DNA from: a virus | Lineage: Duplodnaviria > Caudoviricetes | DNA length: 56,422 nucleotides | Virus record (IMG/VR): IMGVR_UViG_3300021591_000001 | Coordinates: 1-56,422 of that record | Strand: one strand, 5' to 3' | Shown here: one piece after another, positions 8,027-17,580 of the stretch | Position numbering within the stretch: position 1 is the stretch's first letter | Layout of the letters: each line of letters opens with the position of its first letter | Notes under the pieces: model-generated | Seen by the model: the letters and a program-made list of their open reading frames with translations, nothing else | Told to the model about the DNA's origin: nothing | Databases searched by the model: none | Translations under genes and position numbers: made by a program

Positions 8027-11000
8027 GCAGCCTCCTTGATTTCAATGTCGACAACTAGAGGCACGTCAAACCACGGCTGCCGCTTAAGCATTTCCTCCTC
8101 CATTATTTGCCGTACCCTTTCAACCTCATCATTAGGAGCTTCGACGACTATCTGATCGTGCACCTGCATAACGGGGCATGCTTTTAAGCCCTCCAGCTTT
8201 AACCTTCTGTAAATTCTGATCAGAGCGTAATTCGTGAGATCTGCAGCTAAAGACTGACACGGAAAGTTTACTGCAGCACGCTTAACCGCCTCAACAACTG
8301 CTTTTTCGCTACTTTTTGCGTGAGGAAATCTCCTCTTCCGGCCCAAAGACGTCTTAACAACACCATTCTCGAGTGCCTCGCTAATGACGCGGTCGCGCCA
8401 CTCCGCCGCTTTCGGAAAGCGACGGAAGAGCTTATCAATAATCTCCTGCGCCTCCTCAGGTGTGATTCCTAACTGATCGGCAATCGAATACGGACCTCGA
8501 CCGTAGATGATACCAAAAACAACGGTCTTCGTTTGCACGCGGAGCTCCTTCGTGACCTCTTCAGGCTTTACGCCGAAAATCTCGCATGTCAGCTCAGTGT
8601 GGATGTCGCGACCTCTCTCAAAAACGTTTAGCAGGTCCGGATCTTGGGAGTTGAAACCCCACGCACGCACCTCTATCTGCCCGAAGTCTGCTGAAACAAA
8701 GGAGTGTCCAGGACGCGGCACGAACAAGGAGCGTATTTCTGTTTGCCGCGGAATGTTCTGTAGGTTAGGGTTGCGGGATGCAAGGCGGCCTGTGTTATGA
8801 GAGATGAACAGATTTGAAACGAAAGAGTGTGATTCGGGAACGGTGAAGTCAATAACGACGGGGCGCTTACCCAACTGTTCCACACGCTTGAGCGGAGTAA
8901 ACACTTTGAAATCAAAGCGCAGCATTCTCTGTTTCCTGAATCCGTCGTTGAAGAGGGGGGCAAAGCCAGGTGCAACATGCAAGCGTGCACGATCGCCACA
9001 GGGCTCGAGTAGAAGCAAGAAGCCGAGGTTCGCCATCAAAAGCTGTATTTGCTTCGCGCTAAAAAGGTCGAACTCCCAAGGAGGATCCCCGGGAAGTGCT
9101 CCGAGCAGAAAGTTGAAGAGAGCTTCCCTGCTGCACCGCCGCAAGTCGTGAAACAGCAAGACGGGTGAAAGGTCGAGGCCTTTCAGCACATCGGGGGGAG
9201 CAACAACGGTAGAGGATCCCTCGTCCTTTTCGAGGCCCTCTAAAACAGCAAGAGCGTCTTCAGAAAGGGTGAGTGCGGCCCCCTCTCTACGCTTACAGTG
9301 AAAGTAGGCGGCTCCGAGAAGCCGCATCAAATCCGGCGGTAGCGGGGAAAAGCTCCCGCAGTTGGCAGCGCCTATCTTCAAAGCAACAAAGTCGCCCTCG
9401 CAAAGATCCTCAGCGCGGACGAACCCCTCCCTACCATTTTTGATTGCCCAAACAGGGTGCTCGCGTGTACATTCTAGCTCGAAGCCCTCTGTGGTTGTAA
9501 GACGAATCACCTCGCGATCGCAGGCCTTGAAAACGTGAGATGTCTTCTCCTTCCCGAGGAGGGACTCAACCTCAACCTCAAAGGGAGTGAATCCTTCCGG
9601 GAGTGAATCAATGTCGACAAGCTCGGAAACGAGACGAAAACCGTCGCTCGTCAAAATCAAGGTTTCAGGTGTGACACAAGCTGTCCCGTGTATAAGGTAG
9701 TCGGTGTGTATCACGTTTAAACCTCCTTCCGTACGAGCTCGTTTCAGTAGTCCTTCTATATACGTTGAAAACAATTTTGACTTCTCTCTATACTCGAGAA
9801 GGAGCTCGAGCAGACGTTTGACATCAGCAGCGGCGGCTTTTTTCAGGAGAAGCCGCAAGCTCTCCTCATCGGTTGAATAAGCTCCTCCTTTCGTTTTTTT
9901 GACGGGTTGGAGACCGATCCACTCAAAGAGAAGCTCGCGAAGCTGCTTGGTAGACTGCGGATTGAAATCGAAAGGTTCCTCGTCACCTAACAGCTCCTCT
10001 AACCTCTCAAGATTAGCCATGATTTTATCGTCGTCGAGAGACGGAACACTACGGTCCCTCAGTGCAGACAGAGCCTTGAGAGCCTCTCGAGCTCTCGGTA
10101 AAACAACAGCAGGGTTCGGCCTCGCACCCTGCAAGCGCGCGTTTTCGAGTAACGAGGAAAGAAACTCCTTCCAATGCTGCAGTTTCGCCTCAAAGTAGCG
10201 CCTCCGGTATTTCGAAGCAATCGCTTCAATGTCATCGCTTATTTTCTCCAAATCTTTCTTGAACTGCTTGCGCATTTCGACAAGGCGGGCAACATCGAGA
10301 ACAACACCGCGAAGTTCCATATGCAACAGAACTTCACTCAAAGGCATTGTTATCATCCAGAAAAGGTCGTCGAGCTCCTCCTCGTGGAGTTTCTCTGACA
10401 GCATCCTGTAGGCGCGGAGAGTCACATCAGCATCGCACGCTGAGTACTGGTAAAGAATTTCAGGATCAATCAAACCGTAGTGCTTCTCATCCTTACGAAA
10501 GTCGAGAACGTCGTAAGCTCTGCGAAGCTCCTCCTCGTAACCAGCAAGCGCAGGGTCTATCAAGGTGGCCAGGAACTTCAAGTCGTTCGGAGTGTTTTCA
10601 TCAACAAGATGGGAAGCAAGCATTGTGTCGAAAATCGGCGGAGAAACGTCTACACCCAGAGTCAGCTTGAGAACTTCTCTGTCGAACTTACTGTTATGCG
10701 CTATTTTCAGGTTCAAGGAGCCGAAAACAGAGCGTAGCTCCGGTAACAACACAGACCACTCCTTTTGCGACCAAAAGAAGAACTCTCCTTCCTGCCAGAG
10801 AGGTAAAATCCATCCTTCGCCCTCCTGGAAGGAGAAGGAAATACAGAGAATCGCCGCATCAAAGGGGTCAGTGCTGGTTGTCTCTGTATCAAACGAAAAA
10901 ACGGGAGCTCGCTTCAATTTCTCGAAAAGGTCAAGCGCCTGATCAACAGTTTCCACCACATGCGCGATCGTAGGTGGAGGAGGAACTTCGTAGTTATTTT

Positions 11001-11511
11001 GGACGAAACAAGCAATGCGCGAAAGGTCACGCTCGAAAAGACGCGTGAGCTCCGGGCGGCGAAGAAGAGCAGCAGGATGGAATGTCGGGAAAACTTTGCA
11101 CTCAAACTCTTCGGAGTCGTAAAACGATCCTCGCTTCGCCGTGATTCCCTCTCGACTCGTCAGAGCGTAAAGAGCGGTATTCCCCATCGGAACCAGGAGC
11201 TTTCTTGGAAAAGCCCTGATCTCCTTCTCGAGAAGCTGCCGGCAGCGACGAACCACATCTCGGGGTGGTGAAGGATTACCGGGGCCGGGCCAACACTTTA
11301 CAGCATTGGTGATGTAAACTTTATCCAAAAGTCCGAATCGCTCTAAAAACTTCCTTAAAAGCTGTCCCGACTGCCCTACAAAAACCTCACCCTCCTGGTA
11401 TTCGGTAGCTCCAGGAGCTTCGCCAATCAGAACAATTGGCGACGTGGGGTCGCCGAATTCCTTAATCGAAGACTTGAAGCGGTAAAAAGGGCAACCGTCA
11501 CAAATGCTCAC
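8023..11511 (-). CDS. polA: Family A DNA polymerase with N-terminal family 4 uracil-DNA glycosylase domain, 3'-5' exonuclease and an intein
   Basis: UDG4: CDGC, IGEAPG, NAVKC, TFHPAALLR. Exonuclease: FDTETT, HNSKFD, YSACDAD. Polymerase: TGRLASRNPNLQNIP, SADFGQIEVR, KTVVFGIIYG, QVHDQ. Confidence 0.95.
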   Translation of the reverse strand: MSICDGCPFYRFKSSIKEFGDPTSPIVLIGEAPGATEYQEGEVFVGQSGQLLRKFLERFGLLDKVYITNAVKCWPGPGNPSPPRDVVRRCRQLLEKEIRAFPRKLLVPMGNTALYALTSREGITAKRGSFYDSEEFECKVFPTFHPAALLRRPELTRLFERDLSRIACFVQNNYEVPPPPTIAHVVETVDQALDLFEKLKRAPVFSFDTETTSTDPFDAAILCISFSFQEGEGWILPLWQEGEFFFWSQKEWSVLLPELRSVFGSLNLKIAHNSKFDREVLKLTLGVDVSPPIFDTMLASHLVDENTPNDLKFLATLIDPALAGYEEELRRAYDVLDFRKDEKHYGLIDPEILYQYSACDADVTLRAYRMLSEKLHEEELDDLFWMITMPLSEVLLHMELRGVVLDVARLVEMRKQFKKDLEKISDDIEAIASKYRRRYFEAKLQHWKEFLSSLLENARLQGARPNPAVVLPRAREALKALSALRDRSVPSLDDDKIMANLERLEELLGDEEPFDFNPQSTKQLRELLFEWIGLQPVKKTKGGAYSTDEESLRLLLKKAAAADVKRLLELLLEYREKSKLFSTYIEGLLKRARTEGGLNVIHTDYLIHGTACVTPETLILTSDGFRLVSELVDIDSLPEGFTPFEVEVESLLGKEKTSHVFKACDREVIRLTTTEGFELECTREHPVWAIKNGREGFVRAEDLCEGDFVALKIGAANCGSFSPLPPDLMRLLGAAYFHCKRREGAALTLSEDALAVLEGLEKDEGSSTVVAPPDVLKGLDLSPVLLFHDLRRCSREALFNFLLGALPGDPPWEFDLFSAKQIQLLMANLGFLLLLEPCGDRARLHVAPGFAPLFNDGFRKQRMLRFDFKVFTPLKRVEQLGKRPVVIDFTVPESHSFVSNLFISHNTGRLASRNPNLQNIPRQTEIRSLFVPRPGHSFVSADFGQIEVRAWGFNSQDPDLLNVFERGRDIHTELTCEIFGVKPEEVTKELRVQTKTVVFGIIYGRGPYSIADQLGITPEEAQEIIDKLFRRFPKAAEWRDRVISEALENGVVKTSLGRKRRFPHAKSSEKAVVEAVKRAAVNFPCQSLAADLTNYALIRIYRRLKLEGLKACPVMQVHDQIVVEAPNDEVERVRQIMEEEMLKRQPWFDVPLVVDIEIKEAA
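8794..9678 (-). mobile_element. Intein (295 aa) in DNA polymerase; endonuclease motifs eroded
   Basis: GTA|CVTPETLIL...CTREHPV (block B TxxH)...DFTVPESHSFVSNLFISHN|TGRL; removal restores GTATGRLAS. Confidence 0.93.
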
Positions 11512-11558
11512 AACAACACCTCCTGAGCCTGAAAAGCGGGGTTTTTAGCTGTCGGTTT

Positions 11559-11567
11559 CCTTATAAT
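11559..11567 (+). promoter_or_regulatory. CCTTATAAT promoter-like motif upstream of the helicase operon
   Basis: TATAAT at 11562-11567 in the divergent intergenic gap, 30 nt before the ATG, which has a GAGGAGG RBS. Confidence 0.6.
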
Positions 11568-11596
11568 AGTAAAATGCACAACAGAGGAGGTTTGCA

Positions 11597-12931
11597 ATGG
11601 CCGAAGTAATCGTCGATAGCGTCACGCGAGTAAAACTTGAGGACTTACCACTACAGCTGCGACAAAAACTGTTGAACAAATTTACGCTTCCGAATAAAAC
11701 ATATTACATCCTACAAAAAATGGGCAAAAAGGCGCGTGTTCCTAAGACCATCATTTGCTACGTCCTGACACGTGAATATTTGTTACTGCCGCGCTTCTCC
11801 TACGTTCTCCTGCAGTCTCTCGGGTTCAAGGTGAAAGAGCAATTCGCAGAGGGTGAAGCTGCAGTTTTTGGAAAACTAAACTACGAACTGCGCGACTACC
11901 AAGTTGAAGCGTTAGAAGCTGCTCTAGCCGCTGGCTTCGGTGTTATAACAATGCCACCAGGCGCGGGAAAAACTATAACAGGAGTCTCACTGATCAGAGA
12001 ACTCGGCAGAACCGCTGTTTGGCTCGCACACACTCGAGAGCTCTGCGACCAAGCCGTCGAGCAGCTTTCCACAATTGGCAAAGTCTGCCCCTACTACAAA
12101 ACGAAAAGGATACGCGGGGAGCCCATCATTGTCACAACGGTACAAAGTCTTTACAGCGGAGTCCCACCTGAAATCGAGGATGCGGGCGTGGTAATCCTTG
12201 ACGAAGCGCATCATGCCCCAGCACGCACGTTTGTAGAGGTGCTCTCGCAGTTGCGGGCAAGGTACAAGTTTGGACTTACTGCGACACCAAAACGCTCTGA
12301 CGGTCTGACCCCCTTGATGAACTGGACGTTAGGTCCTATAATCTACAAGCTGGCGCACGATCAACTTCAAGAGCGTGGGCAACTAGTCGCCCCGAAGGTA
12401 GTGAAGGTCGACACAGGCGTCCTACCCCTCTTCGCTGAAGATTACACACAGTTAGTAAACCTGCTTTGTGCGCACGAACATCGCAACAAATTGATTATCA
12501 AAACGATAGCTGAACACGCGCGGCACTACTGTTTGGTCTGTTGCGCTCGCATCAGTCATTGCAATACATTATATAAAATGTTAAAAGAGAAATATCCTGA
12601 CATCAGCGCTGCAGTGCTCACCTCCAAGGTTCCTGTCAAAATAAGAGAAAAGATTATGGAACGTTGGAGAGACAGAAAGATCAACGTCGTTTTTGCAACA
12701 ACAATTGCCGAAGAAGGGCTTGATGTCAAACATCTGGACAGACTCTTCCTCGTTTACCCGCTGAAGCCGGGGAGGAGACTGACACAAGCGGTCGGACGTG
12801 TAATGCGCCCGGCAGGAGGTAAAAAAGATGCCATCGTTTTCGACTTTGTCGATCCGCAACTGCAAGGTCTCTTTGAAAGACGCTGCACAGCTTATCAAAA
12901 AATCGGGTGTGAAATCGATCACTCTTGTTGA
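11597..12931 (+). CDS. Superfamily 2 (DEAH, UvsW/Rad25-like) helicase
   Basis: LRDYQ, PPGAGKT, DEAHH, GLTATP, EEGLDV, QAVGRVMR. Confidence 0.92.
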   Translation: MAEVIVDSVTRVKLEDLPLQLRQKLLNKFTLPNKTYYILQKMGKKARVPKTIICYVLTREYLLLPRFSYVLLQSLGFKVKEQFAEGEAAVFGKLNYELRDYQVEALEAALAAGFGVITMPPGAGKTITGVSLIRELGRTAVWLAHTRELCDQAVEQLSTIGKVCPYYKTKRIRGEPIIVTTVQSLYSGVPPEIEDAGVVILDEAHHAPARTFVEVLSQLRARYKFGLTATPKRSDGLTPLMNWTLGPIIYKLAHDQLQERGQLVAPKVVKVDTGVLPLFAEDYTQLVNLLCAHEHRNKLIIKTIAEHARHYCLVCCARISHCNTLYKMLKEKYPDISAAVLTSKVPVKIREKIMERWRDRKINVVFATTIAEEGLDVKHLDRLFLVYPLKPGRRLTQAVGRVMRPAGGKKDAIVFDFVDPQLQGLFERRCTAYQKIGCEIDHSC

Positions 12932-13583
12932 TCTCACGCCCCTGGTCCTGCGCACCATTTTCGGTCGTCCTGAGAAAACAGCACCTCAAGTGGTGATAGA
13001 AACCGCAGAAAAAATCGCGCAGTTGCAAAACCCGATTTGTTTTCTCGACTCACGGGTCTCTTTGAGGAAACAGGAAAACAAGAAGTACAAAGAACGAAGG
13101 AAACTTCCCGAGGATGTCGCGCAGAAAGCGCATAGGTGTATCAAAGGACTGAAGGGGGTGCTGCCTGAACACTTTAACGTTCCTGTCGTGAGCGCTCGCG
13201 GTTACGAAGCAGACGACCTCATTTGCGCTTTTTGCAAACACCTGAAAGAGTTGGACAAAACGATAGTGTCTCCAGACAACGACATGTTTGCGTTGCTAGA
13301 TGAGAGAACGCGAATACAGAGACCTGACACGATCTTCACCCTTGAGGACTTCAAAAGCAAGTTCGGTGTTTCCCCCAAAAAGTGGATTGTCATCAAAGCA
13401 CTTATGGGAGATAAAAGCGACGGCGTGAAGGGAGTTTCGGGAATTGGTATCAAGAAAGCACTTAAAATGGTTAAAGAACACCCTGATGTCCTGAAGGAGT
13501 TGGACGAGACACAAAAACAAGAGTTTTTGAGTGCTCTTCAAATGGTTGAACCGAGGGAGCCAGAAATGGTCTTCGTCTGGTGA
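12909..13583 (+). CDS. 5'-3' exonuclease/flap endonuclease (T4 RNase H/Pol I N-terminal-like)
   Basis: Probable GTG start at 12909; LVD, YKERR, GYEADD, SPDNDM, ALMGDKSDGVKGVSGIGIKKA (helix-hairpin-helix). Confidence 0.9.
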   Translation: MKSITLVDLTPLVLRTIFGRPEKTAPQVVIETAEKIAQLQNPICFLDSRVSLRKQENKKYKERRKLPEDVAQKAHRCIKGLKGVLPEHFNVPVVSARGYEADDLICAFCKHLKELDKTIVSPDNDMFALLDERTRIQRPDTIFTLEDFKSKFGVSPKKWIVIKALMGDKSDGVKGVSGIGIKKALKMVKEHPDVLKELDETQKQEFLSALQMVEPREPEMVFVW

Positions 13584-13595
13584 AAGGAGAGTGTC

Positions 13596-14336
13596 ATGGT
13601 TCTCTACTTCGCAGGTATTCCGGTTACAAGTGTCAAAACAGCCGAGACTGATGAGATTCTAGCGTTTGAGGAATTTCTCCCCGAGAAGATCGAGTTACAT
13701 CTGCAAAAGAAGTCGCACGAACCATACAAAAGACCCACTGTCAGGAAACGTGCGAAAGGTCTCGGCGAGATCTGCTATAGAGGACTTACACTGCTCTTCT
13801 TCACAAAGTCTCCGATTCTCTTCGAAGATGCTGTGTACACCTTCGAGCCAAAAGCAAAGCAGGTCAAGCAGACTACGCGCGGATATAACTATCTGAGCGC
13901 GGTGCTGACAAACGCCTTTTACATCAAATACAAAAAGAATCCGCGGCTCTTTTTCGGTAAAAAACATAGACACATTGTAAAGGAGCTACAAAACGTTTTA
14001 AACGACCGCTTCGGCGGAAAGACAGAAGACTTCGTCGCCTTTTTCTTCTCGCAAGACTTCAGCTGGACGAAAACAGGGCTGCCGTTTGTCACACAAACGC
14101 TCGGGGAGAGGACGCTCGAGACCTTCAGTCAAACACTACATTTTCTCCCGCGCGCTGACGCTTTAGTTGCTCGCATTTACAAACAATACGGAGTTGAGTT
14201 GAACCCGTACGACCCAAATTTACTCCCTTTACTGAGGAATGGAAAGGAAAGCGCCTTCGTCGAATTCCTTCGCAGTTGTGGTGTTTTCAAAAGAGAGGAT
14301 CTGCCACAGCTTCTTAAATCATTCCGCTTCAAGTGA
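13596..14336 (+). CDS. Hypothetical replication-module protein (possible initiator)
   Basis: Good RBS (AAGGAG), basic protein directly upstream of the loader-like gene and dnaB; function inferred from position only. Confidence 0.45.
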   Translation: MVLYFAGIPVTSVKTAETDEILAFEEFLPEKIELHLQKKSHEPYKRPTVRKRAKGLGEICYRGLTLLFFTKSPILFEDAVYTFEPKAKQVKQTTRGYNYLSAVLTNAFYIKYKKNPRLFFGKKHRHIVKELQNVLNDRFGGKTEDFVAFFFSQDFSWTKTGLPFVTQTLGERTLETFSQTLHFLPRADALVARIYKQYGVELNPYDPNLLPLLRNGKESAFVEFLRSCGVFKREDLPQLLKSFRFK

Positions 14337-14953
14337 GGGACGCCATGTACCCGGAGTCTGACTTTCTGAAAAGCAGAAAGGGCGTTTTTTCCGCGAGGTT
14401 CGAGGTCATCAAAAACAAAATACTCGAGGAGGCACAAAAGTGTCCCCTTTGCCGAGGTCTTTCGACCTCCTGCAGGTGCTACGACGAGAAGGTGAGAAAA
14501 CTCTACGCAGCAAGAGCCCAAATCCCGAAAAATTACTGGGGGTTAGAAGAATTTGAAGAACCCCCTGAAAGGAGCCTCACGATCTTCTCATCTCTTGACC
14601 AATCCGAGAGACTAGCCAAAATCTCCTTCGGGGCGTTGCATTCGGGGAAGACAGTAATGATGCTCCAATTCTATGACCTGGTTAACGTTTTAAGGAGAGA
14701 GCGCTCCGAGGAATCAATACGCGGGGAGATCGACTGGGTTTTCACACTTGATCTGCTAGTTATCGCCAACATACCACTTTCACTTACAAACTTTACAACG
14801 GAAGCGTTGTCGCTGAAGGGGTATCTCGATGGGAGAGAAACCTTTTTCCCGAGTGTTTTAGAAGTGAGACTTCCTGACGAGGAGGTCGAAAGAGAGCAAC
14901 TTGAAAGGTTCCTTTTGCGCTACGGAGAGATAGAGGTGCAACATGGTCGGTAG
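14333..14953 (+). CDS. DnaC/DnaI-like helicase loader with apparently degenerate ATPase motifs
   Basis: N-terminal CPLC...CRC, ARAQIPKNY, Walker-B-like LDLLVIANI lacking acidic residues; immediately upstream of dnaB. Confidence 0.5.
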   Translation: MRDAMYPESDFLKSRKGVFSARFEVIKNKILEEAQKCPLCRGLSTSCRCYDEKVRKLYAARAQIPKNYWGLEEFEEPPERSLTIFSSLDQSERLAKISFGALHSGKTVMMLQFYDLVNVLRRERSEESIRGEIDWVFTLDLLVIANIPLSLTNFTTEALSLKGYLDGRETFFPSVLEVRLPDEEVEREQLERFLLRYGEIEVQHGR

Positions 14954-16211
14954 CGTAGAGCTTGAGCGACAACTACTGGCAGCACTTCTTCGGACCCCCG
15001 AAATAATTCCCGAAGTTGAGGAAAGAGTTTTCACGAACGTTGTACTTCACGATATCTTTATTTGTATAAAACGCTACTACACAATCAAAGGTAAAACACC
15101 AGATAGCAAAACTCTCGGGCTTCTGCTGAAGTCGTTCGTCGAAAACACAGAAGCGCATCTTGAGGTCTTCGAGAGGGTCAAAGAGGAGGAAGCTGCAGAC
15201 CCTGAAATCATTCTGAGACACCTTAGAGAGCTCGCTGACGGCAGGAGACTATTCGACGCAGTTTCTCAAGCGGCGCGATTGCTTGCCACGGAGCAAGTAC
15301 AGGAGGCAAAGACTCTTCTGAAAGAAGCGCTCCTTGAGATACAAGAAGGGGAAACTCAAGGAGCTGACAGAGGGGAATATGTTGAGGACTTTGAGACACG
15401 TTGGCAAAACGTCATCGACAGAAAGGAACATCCTGAAAAGTACAAAGGTATCCTTACAGGGATTCCCCTGATCGACAAACACTGTTTTGGGCTTTGGCCG
15501 GGGGAACTAGGGGTTATTTCGGGAGAATCGAGCGCGGGCAAATCCTTTCTCCTCTTGGAGATCGCAAAAACTGCGTTTTTGGCGGACAAAAAGGTGCTCG
15601 CCATAACAATCGAAATGGGAAAGGAGGCGTGGGAGAGAAGACTGGATGGTAGGCTCACAAAAATACCTATCACCTTCTTCAAGGTAGGCGAACTTTCCGA
15701 AGAGCAAATGAAAAGGTGGAAAGAAACGGTCGACGAAGTGAAACGAAAGCACTATGAGAACGGCGCTCGTCTTTGGATCGTCTACATGCCACACTGTACT
15801 CCCGATGCCATAGAGGCTGAAGTCGCGAGGCACATTCAGGAAGGCTTGGACCTTTTGGTTGTCGACTATCTAAACATGGTGACATGGCCAAGACGCGCAT
15901 GGTCAGAACAGCAGGAGCTGGGAGAAATAGCTAAAGCTCTACACGGCATCGCAGGGAAGTATAAAATACCTGTTTGGACGGCTGCGCAGAAGAAAACAAC
16001 GGAGTATCGCAAGGCAAATATGGACCTGACGTCCGTTGGCTACTCAGCAAAAATCATCCACGTCGCAGATGTAGTTGTCGGAATGACATATACGCCCGAA
16101 ACAGGGGAACTTTTGGTTTACCTTTTGAAACAAAGAGACGGTGTCGCTTTCGTAAAGGAAACATACATACCTGACTTTTCTATCGGACTGTTCGACAAGA
16201 GTTTGATTTAG
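14943..16211 (+). CDS. dnaB: Replicative DnaB-family helicase
   Basis: GILTGI, GESSAGKS, TIEM, LLVVDYL, IPVWTAAQ, ADVV, KQRDG. Confidence 0.92.
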   Translation: MVGSVELERQLLAALLRTPEIIPEVEERVFTNVVLHDIFICIKRYYTIKGKTPDSKTLGLLLKSFVENTEAHLEVFERVKEEEAADPEIILRHLRELADGRRLFDAVSQAARLLATEQVQEAKTLLKEALLEIQEGETQGADRGEYVEDFETRWQNVIDRKEHPEKYKGILTGIPLIDKHCFGLWPGELGVISGESSAGKSFLLLEIAKTAFLADKKVLAITIEMGKEAWERRLDGRLTKIPITFFKVGELSEEQMKRWKETVDEVKRKHYENGARLWIVYMPHCTPDAIEAEVARHIQEGLDLLVVDYLNMVTWPRRAWSEQQELGEIAKALHGIAGKYKIPVWTAAQKKTTEYRKANMDLTSVGYSAKIIHVADVVVGMTYTPETGELLVYLLKQRDGVAFVKETYIPDFSIGLFDKSLI

Positions 16212-16222
16212 AGGTTTTAGCG

Positions 16223-17074
16223 ATGATCACTGCAAACGATCTGAGGCGTTGGGGTTTCAAAAAGGTGAGGGAGGGACGGAAGGAAATAACAGCTCTTTGT
16301 CCCTTCCACAAAGAAACTGAGTCGAGCTTCTATATAAACAAAAGTACAGGCCTTTGGTACTGTTTCGGTTGCGGAGCCAAAGGCAATCTCTCTCAGCTCT
16401 TCAGAAAACTAAACATTGCAGCAGCACCGTCGAGATTCCTCCAGGAAGAAGTACAAGATGAGGTCATCACAACCATTGATACAAGTGATTTTGTGCCCTC
16501 GCGCTCACCCTTCTTGCGAAGGTTCGGAATAATGTACTGTCCATCAGGGAAGTACGCAGGCAGACATGCCATTCCAATCGCACCTGGTGTTTTCGAACTT
16601 CGAGACTTTACAGGAAAAATGCGTCCTAAGGTCATCTGCGTGCCCGCAGGAGTTTCGCTAAAAGGATTGGTTTACAACCTGAACAGGGTTTCACCTGATC
16701 GTCCTCTCTACATTGTAGAAGGCACTAAAGATGTTTTAGCACTTATTTCGGAAGGAGTTTCAAACGTCGTTTCTGTTTTCGGTGCGCATTTGCATCAGGA
16801 GCAGGCAAGAGTTTTGATCGAAAAGGGCTTTACAAAGTTTATATTTGCCTTCGACGGCGATACGGCAGGATTGAGCGCAACACTGCAAGCGTTTGAGCTG
16901 TTAGGAGTCTTCGATCCGCTTTGGGTCGAGATCCCCAAAGGGGAGGATCCCGCCAGTATAGCACAAACCTTCACCTCTCTTCCTCACAAGCCTGTTGCCG
17001 CTAACCTTCCGCGTATAAAAGAAAAACTAATCCAGGAAGTCTTCAAGGCCAAGAGACTCGCAAATCCGTCTTAA
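16223..17074 (+). CDS. dnaG: DNA primase (CHC2 zinc finger plus TOPRIM)
   Basis: CPFHKE...WYCFGCG, IVEGTKD, FAFDGDTAG, GEDP. Confidence 0.9.
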   Translation: MITANDLRRWGFKKVREGRKEITALCPFHKETESSFYINKSTGLWYCFGCGAKGNLSQLFRKLNIAAAPSRFLQEEVQDEVITTIDTSDFVPSRSPFLRRFGIMYCPSGKYAGRHAIPIAPGVFELRDFTGKMRPKVICVPAGVSLKGLVYNLNRVSPDRPLYIVEGTKDVLALISEGVSNVVSVFGAHLHQEQARVLIEKGFTKFIFAFDGDTAGLSATLQAFELLGVFDPLWVEIPKGEDPASIAQTFTSLPHKPVAANLPRIKEKLIQEVFKAKRLANPS

Positions 17075-17578
17075 GCTCTCGAGTCCGCGGTTCAGATTTG
17101 AGAGATTCCGGTCACCCAGCTCCTTGTATGTGTGAGGACGATAACCTCTGAGTCCGAAACGTCTCGCTACGGCGTCGCACTGCTCGGGAGGAAGCATGTC
17201 GAGCAGGATGTCGACCTGCACTTCGCGGTCGATCTCATCAAAAAGAAAGTGTTGTACAACCGGCTCGTCAACGAAAAAACCATCGTCTTCGTCTTCAGAT
17301 GGGGAAACTGTAGTCTGCTTACGCGCCTCCGCAACCGCTTTAGAGACAACACCGCGTATACGATAGTTAGCGTAAGTCTCGAAACCGCTCTTCCTAGCAT
17401 CGTAGTTTCGCGCAGCCAGTATAGTGCCGATAGCACAAAGCCCTAACCACTCCTCAGCACGCCCACCATACTTTAAGCGGCAAAACTCCGCATATTTATA
17501 CATCAGCGGCACAACACTTTCGAGAAAACCGTCGAAATTCAAAATGTAAAGAAAGTCGATCGCTCCGGAAACGCGCAT
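17027..17578 (-). CDS. Phage sigma70-family sigma factor
   Basis: Region 2-like AARNYDARKSGFETYANYRIRG; region 4-like LPPEQCDAVARRFGL...TYKELG; start probably ATG 17578 (GGAG RBS). Confidence 0.8.
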   Translation of the reverse strand: MRVSGAIDFLYILNFDGFLESVVPLMYKYAEFCRLKYGGRAEEWLGLCAIGTILAARNYDARKSGFETYANYRIRGVVSKAVAEARKQTTVSPSEDEDDGFFVDEPVVQHFLFDEIDREVQVDILLDMLPPEQCDAVARRFGLRGYRPHTYKELGDRNLSNLNRGLESLRRICESLGLEDFLD

Positions 17579-17580
17579 CT

